Shown in pieces: positions 28,932 to 37,968 of a stretch of 64,000 bases of DNA. The notes beneath the pieces are model-generated. The model did no database searches. It was not told the DNA's origin and saw only the letters and a program-made list of their open reading frames with translations. How positions within the stretch are numbered: position 1 is the stretch's first letter; every line of letters starts with the position of its first letter. Location: assembly GCA_948466395.1 (NCBI GenBank), contig CAOKAG010000003.1, forward strand, positions 11,062-75,061. The letters run 5' to 3'. The position numbers and the translations under genes were made by a program. The DNA is from an uncultured Mycoplasmatota bacterium. Lineage in GTDB: Bacteria; Bacillota_I; Bacilli_A; RF39; UBA660.

Positions 28932-29945
28932 TGAATATAGAAAAGAGAAAAAGTGGATTGACAAAGAAAAAAGTTCTAATACTTATTTTAATTATAATTT
29001 TGGGTGGAGAAATCGTTATAAAAAGCAACCTCAATCATAAAAATAACCCTAAACAGGAAAATGAATTACTAAAAGGTAAAAGAGAACAAACCAATTATAA
29101 AACCAGTGGAAAAACCTTATTCACTTCAAACAAAAGCATTTAATTAAAATCATCATTTAAAAAAATATAAAAATGAAGCAATCAGTATTGATATCGATTA
29201 CATAGATAACAATCTAGTATATGATTCAATATTAAATACAAAAGATGATTCGATTTTATTTACAACACTTTGCCTATTTCAATACAATATAAAAACCGAC
29301 GAATATAAAGAATTTAAATACAATAAAGGAAGAATATTTGATTATTACATAATAGAGAATAATATTTATTATATTTCAGAAAAAATCGAAAATGACTTTT
29401 ATCATTGGCAATTAATCAAATCGGACCTTTCGTTTGAAACCCATCAACAACTAGATTCAGGTACAATTAAAAATTACATGAATAGTCCTAGAATTCTTTA
29501 TGATAATAAGGATAACGAGTTATATATCGTAACCATTAAAAATGAGGAAAATAGTCAATTTTCAAACTTTTATAAAGTAAAGAACGAACGTTTAGAATTA
29601 TTAGAAACTTTTAAGGGAAATCATGATACAAAAAAAGGACAGTTTATTGATAACATGTTATATGTAACCCTTCATAATGAAAAAATTTATTATATTAAAA
29701 TAGAGAACTATGAAAGAAATGAAATCATGAAATACAATGTGAAGAAAAAAATAAAACGATAAAAGAAAATTAAAGAACCATACTTTAACATTTATTGATG
29801 GAGAACAATGGTTTATGTTGGATACCAATAACTTACAAATGTTTAAAGAACAATACCCTAATTATTATGTATTAGAAGAAAATCAAGTTCTTTATCAAGA
29901 TTTTAATGAAAATTGGGTTACTGAAACCTTTAGTGAAAAAAATTA
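28931..29945 (+). pseudogene. Degraded paralogue of the gene at 24781-25965
   Basis: High nucleotide identity to 24801-25968. It carries a stop-generating substitution at 29141-29143 (copy 1 has 'catttaatttaaat', copy 2 has 'catttaattaaaat'), internal deletions of ~165 and ~18 nt near 29760-29840, and a divergent N-terminus. Confidence 0.6.
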
Positions 29946-29948
29946 AAA
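28963..29948 (+). repeat. Direct repeat copy 2 (~1.0 kb, decayed)
   Basis: See copy 1. Confidence 0.7.
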
Positions 29949-30021
29949 ATGACAACCATTAATTTATGTTATAATGAAATAAACGTAAGAGAAAAATAAA
30001 CAATTCAAAGGAGCGAGAGTT

Positions 30022-30471
30022 ATAAAAAAGTGGATTAGCATAGTTCTTATAGCATTAATCTGTTTAACGGGATGCAAAAAAAATAATAGTGAACAATTGT
30101 ATTTTGGAGGTCAAAAGCCAGAAAATGATTTTATTAAAATTTATCAAATAGATAAAGAAAATAGCATCTATTCTATGTTTACAGAAAATGATTATATCGA
30201 TGAAAAAAATAATAAAATGGATTTAGCAGAGGCTTTAGAAAAAGGAGTAATTTCAATCGAAGAAATATTAGAAAAAATGGAAGTATATGGAGCATTAAAT
30301 GATGGAGGAACCTTAAAGTATAAATATCAAAAAAACGAAAAAAAGTTAGCAAATATTGATTTTTTTATTTATAAATATAAGAGTTTTAAAGAAGGAAGTG
30401 AAAACATAAAATATAATCAAAACATATATATAGGGGCCTCCGATTTTGAAAACCCTTGTAGGACTTATTAA
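30022..30471 (+). CDS. Lipoprotein (lipobox LTGC) with uncertain, non-canonical start
   Basis: In frame with the annotated ORF (TTG 30097), the upstream sequence encodes 'KKWISIVLIALICLTGCKKNNSEQ' right after RBS AAGGAG (30006-30011). There is no ATG/GTG/TTG between the stop at 29986 and 30097; the only start-like codons are ATA (30022) and ATT (30034). Confidence 0.35.
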   Translation: MKKWISIVLIALICLTGCKKNNSEQLYFGGQKPENDFIKIYQIDKENSIYSMFTENDYIDEKNNKMDLAEALEKGVISIEEILEKMEVYGALNDGGTLKYKYQKNEKKLANIDFFIYKYKSFKEGSENIKYNQNIYIGASDFENPCRTY

Positions 30472-30628
30472 AAAATTATGAAAAAGAATATAACCTATTT
30501 TTCTAAATATTAAGTAATCTTTTTAAGGTTGCTTTTTATTTTCGATAACTCTTGAAAAAATAAAAAAATTTACCTATAATGAAAAAAGTGAATCAATGAA
30601 TGAAGTAAAAGAGAAAATAGGTGAAAAG

Positions 30629-31282
30629 ATGGCATCACTCGATTTATTACAATATGAAAAAGAACTTTATAAAAAAAACATCACTCTAATTGCGGGAGTG
30701 GATGAAGTAGGGCGTGGGCCTTTAGTTGGTCCCGTTGTAGCCGCCGCCGTGATTTTACCTGAAAATTATATTTTGGAAGGCTTAACCGATTCCAAGAAAC
30801 TGAGTGAAAAAAAAAGGAATCAATTTTATGAAATTTTAAAAAAAGACGCCATAAGTATAGGAATAGGTTCAATAGAACCAGAAATGATTGATAAAATAAA
30901 CATCTATGAAGCTTCCAAACTTGCCATGTATGAAGCATTAAGACAATTAAAAGTAAAACCGGAACATGTATTAATTGATGCCATGCCCCTAAAACTAGAA
31001 ATGCCTTCAACCTCAATCATTAAGGGGGACGCTAAATCTTTGTCCATCGCCGCCGCCAGTGTGATAGCAAAAGTAACAAGAGACAAGATGATGTATGAAT
31101 TAAGCGAGCAATACCCTGAGTATCATTTTGAAAAACATAAAGGATACCCCACAAAATTACATCTAGAAATCTTAAAAAAATTAGGGCCTTTAAAAAATTA
31201 TCGATTTACTTATAAGCCCGTTCATGATTTAATTAGAGAAGGTGAGAACGAAAGTGAACATAACGACAAACAAACTACTTAA
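30629..31282 (+). CDS. rnhB: Ribonuclease HII
   Basis: 'IAGVDEVGRGPLVGPVVAAAV' and 'IKGDAKSLSIAAASVIAK'. Start chosen at the ATG after RBS AGGTGA; the ORF's first ATG is at 30596. Confidence 0.85.
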   Translation: MASLDLLQYEKELYKKNITLIAGVDEVGRGPLVGPVVAAAVILPENYILEGLTDSKKLSEKKRNQFYEILKKDAISIGIGSIEPEMIDKINIYEASKLAMYEALRQLKVKPEHVLIDAMPLKLEMPSTSIIKGDAKSLSIAAASVIAKVTRDKMMYELSEQYPEYHFEKHKGYPTKLHLEILKKLGPLKNYRFTYKPVHDLIREGENESEHNDKQTT

Positions 31283-33308
31283 AAACTTTATTTCCTTTTT
31301 TACGGCCTTATTTTTCTTAGAAATACTCTTTAGAAAAATATCCATGATGCCAATTGTAGATTGGGCTCTTTTTAGAATCGCCATTAGTACAAGCATCATT
31401 GCTTTAGGAATAAGCGTTCTTTTATCTTTTTTTAAAGAAAAAACTGGAAAAATAATAAGTCTTTTCCTTCTTTTTGTGGCCACCATTTATGCCTTTCTTC
31501 AAGTAGGATTCATAAACTTTTTAGGAGTATACATTTCGATTAACACCAGTTCCCAATTTGGAGCGGTGACCGACTACATTTTCGATTACTTAAAATCTTT
31601 CAAACCTTCTTATTATTTCCTATTTTTACCTTTTATTTTATACACGCTTTATAAAATTTTTATTGAAAAAAAAGTATTTAGTAAAATCTATTTAAGAGAA
31701 AACAATCGTTTTCAAAAAAGAAGCACAAAAAAGAAAAGTCTTAGGGCTCTTTTTATCATTTTTATTTTGGGTTTTATTTATACGGGAACCTTAACCCTTG
31801 ATTTTATGCAAAACGATTTACAATTGGAAAGTAATAAAGCCTTATTTAAAAATCCAACCAATCTAAACATCAGTATGAATCAGTTTGGACCAACCCTCTT
31901 TGCTTACTTAGACGTTAAAACCACTCTTTTTACACCTGAAGATGAAATCATTATTTTTGAACCACCTGAAATTATAGAACCTTCCGAAGAAACCGATTAC
32001 ACTAGAAAAATAGATGATACTCTTTGGCAAGAAGTAGCTTCTAAAACAACCAACGCAAATTATAAAACTTTAAACAGCTATTTTATGAATCGACCCATTT
32101 CGAATAAAAACGATTATACAGGTCTTTTTAAAGATAAAAATTTAATAGTCATAATGATGGAATCCGTTGGAGAAATCTTTATTAATCCTGAGTATTACCC
32201 AACATTTTATAAACTTTACACAGAAGGTTGGAGTTTCAAAAACGCTTATTCTCCAAGAAATTCATGTGCGACGATGAACAATGAAATGAGTGGAATGATT
32301 AGTCTATATAGCATCTATAAAAACTGTACCGCCAACGTTTATCAAAAAAACAAATACAGTGGAAGCATTTTTAACTTATTTAACCAAGCGGGCTATAAGA
32401 CCAGTTCTTTTCACAACTACGATGAAACCTATTATTATCGAAGCAACATTCATAAAAATATGGGAAGTGGGGCTTATTATGGAGCGGACGAATTAGGCAT
32501 TCCTTATAACAATTACGTTTACGCTGAATGGCCAAGCGACATAAGTTTGATGGAAGAAGCCATGAAACGAATCGATACCGAAAATCCCTTTATGGCATGG
32601 ATGACCACCGTAACCGCTCATCAACCGTATTCAACTTCGAGTACTTATGGTGATAAATATTTAGACTTATTCAAAAATACAAATTACACACTCGCCGCTA
32701 AAAGATATATGTCTAAACTAAAAGAACTCGATTTAGCTTTAGAAAAACTACTAACTCTTTTAGAAGAAAAAGACATCCTTGATGATACCATTATCGTTTT
32801 ATATGGAGACCATTACCCTTATGGTTTAGATAAAAATTCCATTAAAGACGTTTTAGGGGCAGAAGTACTTGAAAAAAACAATATTGAAAAAACGCCATTT
32901 GTTATTTATAGTAGTGAAATTGAACCCAAAAGTTTTGACGTCTATACGTCTTACATGAACCTTCTACCCACTCTTGCCAATTTATTTGACTTTAACTACG
33001 ACCCAAGGTATTATATGGGCGAAGATATATTAAGTGAAGAATACAAAAACTCCCATAAAAACCGAGTGGTCTTCACCGATGGCTCTTGGGAAAATGAAAT
33101 AGGGTGGTATAACGCTACGAATGGAACCATTACTTATTTTGGTGAAAAACAATACAGTAAGGAAGAAATTATTCAATATAATAAAGAAATAAAGGACATG
33201 ATAAAAATGAGTAATTTAGCCATTACCACCAATTATTTTAACTATTTACAAGAAGAATTAGAAAAAGCCAAACTTGAAAAAGAAAAAGTATTGGAAAAAG
33301 AAGAATAA
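31254..33308 (+). CDS. LTA synthase (LtaS)-family sulfatase-domain protein: 5 TM + extracytoplasmic catalytic domain
   Basis: N-terminal polytopic segment, then 'MMESVGEIF...YSPRNSCATMNNEMSGM', which is the LtaS/phosphoglycerol-transferase core. GTG start after RBS GAAGGTGAG. Confidence 0.7.
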   Translation: MNITTNKLLKNFISFFTALFFLEILFRKISMMPIVDWALFRIAISTSIIALGISVLLSFFKEKTGKIISLFLLFVATIYAFLQVGFINFLGVYISINTSSQFGAVTDYIFDYLKSFKPSYYFLFLPFILYTLYKIFIEKKVFSKIYLRENNRFQKRSTKKKSLRALFIIFILGFIYTGTLTLDFMQNDLQLESNKALFKNPTNLNISMNQFGPTLFAYLDVKTTLFTPEDEIIIFEPPEIIEPSEETDYTRKIDDTLWQEVASKTTNANYKTLNSYFMNRPISNKNDYTGLFKDKNLIVIMMESVGEIFINPEYYPTFYKLYTEGWSFKNAYSPRNSCATMNNEMSGMISLYSIYKNCTANVYQKNKYSGSIFNLFNQAGYKTSSFHNYDETYYYRSNIHKNMGSGAYYGADELGIPYNNYVYAEWPSDISLMEEAMKRIDTENPFMAWMTTVTAHQPYSTSSTYGDKYLDLFKNTNYTLAAKRYMSKLKELDLALEKLLTLLEEKDILDDTIIVLYGDHYPYGLDKNSIKDVLGAEVLEKNNIEKTPFVIYSSEIEPKSFDVYTSYMNLLPTLANLFDFNYDPRYYMGEDILSEEYKNSHKNRVVFTDGSWENEIGWYNATNGTITYFGEKQYSKEEIIQYNKEIKDMIKMSNLAITTNYFNYLQEELEKAKLEKEKVLEKEE

Positions 33309-33325
33309 ATTTAGAAAGGAAAAAT

Positions 33326-35350
33326 ATGAAAAAGTTAGTGATTGTGGAGTCCCCAGCAAAAAGTAAAACCATAGAAAAGTATTTAGGGTCAGATTATAAA
33401 GTCGTTTCTAGTAAAGGACATATTAGAGACTTAGCCACCAGTGGTAAATTTGGTTTAGGAGTGGACGTAGAAAATGATTTTACTCCAAGTTATGTCCCAA
33501 TTAAAGGAAAATCAAAAGACATTAATGCACTAAAAAAAGACGTTAAAAATAGTGAATACGTCTATCTTGCCACCGACCCTGACCGTGAAGGAGAAGCCAT
33601 TTCTTGGCATTTGAAAGATACTTTAGACATCGAAGACAATTACAGTCGTGTGGTATTTAATGAAATCACAAAAGACGTGGTTTTAGATGCCATCAACCAT
33701 CCTAGAAAGATTGATGAAGACTTAGTAAGAAGTCAAGAAACAAGAAGAATTTTAGACCGCATTATCGGGTTTCGATTAAGTAAACTCATGCAATCCAAAA
33801 CAGGAGGCAAGAGTGCAGGACGCGTTCAAAGTGTGGCTTTAAAACTAATCGTGGACCGTGAAAGAGAAATAGAAAAATTTATTCCTGAAGAATACTGGAG
33901 CATCACCGCAGATTTTAAAGACTTCAAAGCGGATTTAGAAAAATACCATGGCAAAAAAATAGAAATCAAAAGTGAAGTTGAAGCAAACGAAATCTTAAAT
34001 AAACTATCTAATGCGTTTTCATTAGAAGACGTGAAAGAAAAAGAAACGAAAAGAAGTGCTCAACCTGTATTTAAAACCTCAACCCTTCAACGAATGGCCG
34101 CCAATAAAATTAACTTTGCTCCATCAAAAACCATGCGTGTGGCTCAAAAACTGTATGAAGGAATTGATATTGGAAGTGAGACCGTTGGTCTAATCACTTA
34201 TATGAGAACCGATTCAGAAAGAGTCTCTAACGAATTTGTCCATCAAACCATGGATTATATTAAGAAAAATTTTGGTGAGGAGTACATAGGAAGCATTAAA
34301 GTAGGAAAAAAAGACAAAAACATGCAAGATGCTCATGAAGGTATTCGTCCTACAAGTATTTATAGAACGCCAGAAAGCATGAAAAAATATTTAACACCAG
34401 AAGAATACAAACTGTATAATTTAATTTACGTACGAGCACTATCCAGCTTAATGGCTAATGCCTTACTCCTTACCACAACCGTTTTATTAGAAAACAATGG
34501 GTATTTATTTAAAACGACAGGTAGCATTTTAAAATTTGAAGGGTATGTAAAAATCTATCAAGAATTTGAATCCCTTGAAGATACCATTTTACCAGACTTT
34601 AAATCTTATAAAAGTAAGACCATTGTCGCCGATAAAATTGAAAAAGAACAACATTTTACCAAACCATTACCAAGATTTACAGAAAGTAGTTTAATTAAAG
34701 AAATGGAAAATTTAGGCATTGGAAGACCCAGTACCTATTCCACCATTTTAACAACCATTAAAGAAAGAGGTTACGTTTTATTAGAAGATAAAAAATTTAT
34801 GCCGACAACCATTGGAGTAGAAACAACGGATAAACTTCAAGAATTCTTTAGTGACATCGTAAACGTCGAATACACCAGTGCAATGGAAAACGACCTAGAC
34901 TTGATTGCTGAAAATAAACAAGATAACATTCAATTATTAAAAGACTTTTATGGAAAATTTGAACCCATGGTAGAAGGGGCTTTTGAAAAAATGGAAAAGA
35001 AAGAAGCTGAAAAAACTGGAGAAACCTGTCCTGAATGTGGAAGCGACCTAGTCATTCGAAACGGCAGATTTGGTACCTTTACCGCTTGTTCAAATTACCC
35101 AACCTGTAAATACATAAAAAAAGAAGAAAAAGAGACCATTGAACTAGCAGATTGTCCAAAATGTTCAGGAAAAATTATTGAAAAAAGGACCCGTAAAGGC
35201 AAAAATTTTTATGGATGCAGCAATTACCCAAAATGTGACTTTGCCTCATGGTACAAGCCAACAGGAGAGAAATGTCCACAATGTGAAAGCCTTCTAGTAG
35301 AAAAGAAAGATAAAATCGTTTGTTCTAATTGCGAATACGAAAAAGAATAA
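33326..35350 (+). CDS. topA: DNA topoisomerase I with three C-terminal Zn ribbons
   Basis: TOPRIM 'LVIVESPAKSKTI', active-site region 'TYMRTDS', and C-terminal CxxC...CxxC repeats. Confidence 0.9.
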   Translation: MKKLVIVESPAKSKTIEKYLGSDYKVVSSKGHIRDLATSGKFGLGVDVENDFTPSYVPIKGKSKDINALKKDVKNSEYVYLATDPDREGEAISWHLKDTLDIEDNYSRVVFNEITKDVVLDAINHPRKIDEDLVRSQETRRILDRIIGFRLSKLMQSKTGGKSAGRVQSVALKLIVDREREIEKFIPEEYWSITADFKDFKADLEKYHGKKIEIKSEVEANEILNKLSNAFSLEDVKEKETKRSAQPVFKTSTLQRMAANKINFAPSKTMRVAQKLYEGIDIGSETVGLITYMRTDSERVSNEFVHQTMDYIKKNFGEEYIGSIKVGKKDKNMQDAHEGIRPTSIYRTPESMKKYLTPEEYKLYNLIYVRALSSLMANALLLTTTVLLENNGYLFKTTGSILKFEGYVKIYQEFESLEDTILPDFKSYKSKTIVADKIEKEQHFTKPLPRFTESSLIKEMENLGIGRPSTYSTILTTIKERGYVLLEDKKFMPTTIGVETTDKLQEFFSDIVNVEYTSAMENDLDLIAENKQDNIQLLKDFYGKFEPMVEGAFEKMEKKEAEKTGETCPECGSDLVIRNGRFGTFTACSNYPTCKYIKKEEKETIELADCPKCSGKIIEKRTRKGKNFYGCSNYPKCDFASWYKPTGEKCPQCESLLVEKKDKIVCSNCEYEKE

Positions 35351-35448
35351 TTTTTCTTTAAAAAACCTTAAATAATAAAAATTCAAAGTAAACAAAACTA
35401 ATGTTTGCTTTTTATTTTCTTTATGTTACAATGTTTTTGGTGAAGACT

Positions 35449-37635
35449 ATGTTTATTAAAGGAAAAATAAGACAAATAATCTATAAAAATGAAAACGGCT
35501 TTTTTGTAGGAACCTTTCGTATCAAAGAAACCAATGACGAAGAAATGAAAGAATTTATAAACAAAACCATAACCATTACAGGAACCATTTTAGATCCAAA
35601 TGAAGAAGAAACGTTTTTGCTAACTGGCGAATACATCAAGCACGAGCGTTTTGGCTTTCAATATAAATTTTCCAGTTATGAAAAAGAAAAACCCACTAGC
35701 AAAGACGCCATCATTGAATTCTTATCCAGTCCTTTAATAAAAGGCTGTGCAGAAAAAACAGCTAAAAAAATTGTTGAAGTCTTAGGAGAAAAGGCCATTG
35801 ATTTAATAAAAGAAAACAAAGAGAACTTACTCTTAGTTCCAAACATGACCGAAAAAAGAAGAGACACCATCTACAACTCCATCATGTTACATTCCTCCTC
35901 AGACGATTTAATCCTTGAACTAAAAAACTATAGCTTTTCAGTGAATGAAGCTACTAAAATTATAAAAACTTACAAAGACAAAGCTGGAATTTATTTACAT
36001 GAAAATTTATACTCTTTCAAAAACATCATTGACTTTAATAAATTAGATTACATTTACATCACGCATTTTGATAAAGAAAACGAAGTTAGAAAAAAAGAAT
36101 GTTTACTTGAAAGCATGAAACGAATCAGTGATACCTCAGGAGACGTCTATTATTTAAAAGAAGAAATGACTGAAGCTCTAAAACATTACTTTCAAATTTT
36201 TCTAAATGAAGAAGAATTAGAACGCACTTTAGAAAATTTAGCAACAGAGCAAAAAATCGTGATTTTAAAAGACCATTACTATTTAAAAGAAAATTACGAA
36301 CGCGAACACGACATAACAAAAAATTTAGAAATGATTTCCAATTTACCTAAAAAAGATTTGGGAGACTTTGATAAAAGAATAAATCATTTAGAAAAAACGT
36401 TTAACGTAGCCTACAACAGCGACCAAAAAAAGGCCATAAAAAATGCTTTAGAAAATCGTGTAAGCATTATATCGGGAGGACCAGGAACAGGAAAAACAAC
36501 AATTATAAATGCCATTACTCGAATTTACATCGAATTAAATCAACTTTCACCAATCGATACATTAAAAGAGATTGCCTTACTAGCTCCAACTGGAAGAGCC
36601 AGTAAAAAGCTTGCTGAATCCACTCATTTGCCAGCCATGACCATCCATCGTTATTTAAAATGGAATCAAGACACCAATGACTTTCAAATGAACGAATACA
36701 ACAAAACCGAACACAAACTGATTATAGTAGATGAGGTCAGTATGATTGATACGTATTTATTTGACTCTTTACTAAAGGGAATAAAAACAAACATACAATT
36801 AATATTAGTAGGGGATACCTTTCAACTTCCAAGTGTGGGAGCAGGATTAATTTTAAATGATTTAGTAGCTTCTGAATTATTTTCTTACAACCCTCTTGAA
36901 AAAATTTACCGTCAAAGCGAAAACTCGTACATTGCCTTTTTAGCAAAAGAAATCAAAGACCATAACTTAAGCAATAACTTTACCGAAAAAAAAGATGATT
37001 ACAATTTCTTTGAAACAGAAAGCAAAAACATAACCAAAATGATTAATGAAATTTGTAAAAAAAGCCTTGAAAAAGGCTTACGTGTGGATGACATCCAAAT
37101 ACTCGCTCCTATGTATAAAGGCGAGAATGGTATTGATACTTTAAATCTTTCTTTACAAGAACTTTTTAATCCCAAAACCACCCAAAAAGAAATTAGCTAT
37201 GGCGATTACACCTTTCGAGAAAAAGATAAAATCTTACAACTCGTCAATAACCCCGATTGTAACGTTTATAATGGTGACATTGGCTACATCACGAAAATAG
37301 AAACCCGTTTTACTCCCCGTAAAAAAGAATACGTCGTCATCGATTTTGATGGCAATTATGTTGAATACACCAAAGAAGACTTAAAAATGATTAAACACGC
37401 GTACGCCATTACCATTCATAAAAGCCAAGGAAGCGAATTTCCTCACGTTATTTTGCCTATTAGTAAAAATTATTACAAAATGCTTTACAATAAGCTCATT
37501 TACACAGGAGTATCAAGAGCAAAAAAAAGTTTAGTTTTAGTTGGCGAAAAAAATGCCTTTTTAATGGCCATGAATAATGATTACAGTAGCAATCGAAAAA
37601 CCTCTTTAAAAGATTGTTTGTTGCATAATATTTAA
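35449..37635 (+). CDS. recD2: ATP-dependent RecD-like SF1B DNA helicase
   Basis: Walker A 'GGPGTGKTT', 'IIVDEVSMID', and the C-terminal 'HAYAITIHKSQGSEF'. Start at M17 of the ORF (N-terminal OB-like 'MFIKGKIRQII'). Confidence 0.8.
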   Translation: MFIKGKIRQIIYKNENGFFVGTFRIKETNDEEMKEFINKTITITGTILDPNEEETFLLTGEYIKHERFGFQYKFSSYEKEKPTSKDAIIEFLSSPLIKGCAEKTAKKIVEVLGEKAIDLIKENKENLLLVPNMTEKRRDTIYNSIMLHSSSDDLILELKNYSFSVNEATKIIKTYKDKAGIYLHENLYSFKNIIDFNKLDYIYITHFDKENEVRKKECLLESMKRISDTSGDVYYLKEEMTEALKHYFQIFLNEEELERTLENLATEQKIVILKDHYYLKENYEREHDITKNLEMISNLPKKDLGDFDKRINHLEKTFNVAYNSDQKKAIKNALENRVSIISGGPGTGKTTIINAITRIYIELNQLSPIDTLKEIALLAPTGRASKKLAESTHLPAMTIHRYLKWNQDTNDFQMNEYNKTEHKLIIVDEVSMIDTYLFDSLLKGIKTNIQLILVGDTFQLPSVGAGLILNDLVASELFSYNPLEKIYRQSENSYIAFLAKEIKDHNLSNNFTEKKDDYNFFETESKNITKMINEICKKSLEKGLRVDDIQILAPMYKGENGIDTLNLSLQELFNPKTTQKEISYGDYTFREKDKILQLVNNPDCNVYNGDIGYITKIETRFTPRKKEYVVIDFDGNYVEYTKEDLKMIKHAYAITIHKSQGSEFPHVILPISKNYYKMLYNKLIYTGVSRAKKSLVLVGEKNAFLMAMNNDYSSNRKTSLKDCLLHNI

Positions 37636-37668
37636 AAAAAAACTCATAATAAAAATGAGGTGTTAAAA

Positions 37669-37833
37669 ATGAAAAAAGCAATGCTAGCTTCTGGAATCGG
37701 AATGGGACTTGGTGCTGGATTAACCGCTTATTTATTAACCAATAAAAAAACAAAAAAGAAAACAGAAAAATTAATAAATAGTGCTGTAACAGAAGCAGAA
37801 CAAATGTTAAAAAACAAAAACAGAGAAAAATAA
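37669..37833 (+). CDS. 54-aa small membrane protein (not in the ORF track)
   Basis: Strong RBS GAGGTG 8 nt upstream. 'MKKAMLASGIGMGLGAGLTAYLLTNKKTKKK...'. Confidence 0.35.
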   Translation: MKKAMLASGIGMGLGAGLTAYLLTNKKTKKKTEKLINSAVTEAEQMLKNKNREK

Positions 37834-37968
37834 ATTTCTCATAAAGGTAACGAAAGTTATCTTTTTTTTGAAAAAAATTAAAAAGCATGAACTAAAAGCC
37901 TTGTAAAAACAATTAATCTATTGGTTTTTAAAATTAGAAATGCTATAATACTAAACAGGTGGGTAGAA

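Noticed and set aside
31242-31253. Earlier GTG start (31242) for the LtaS-family gene, giving a 41-nt overlap with rnhB
   Set aside because: GTG 31242 lies inside the RBS (GAAGGTGAG) that serves GTG 31254, so the downstream start is more plausible.
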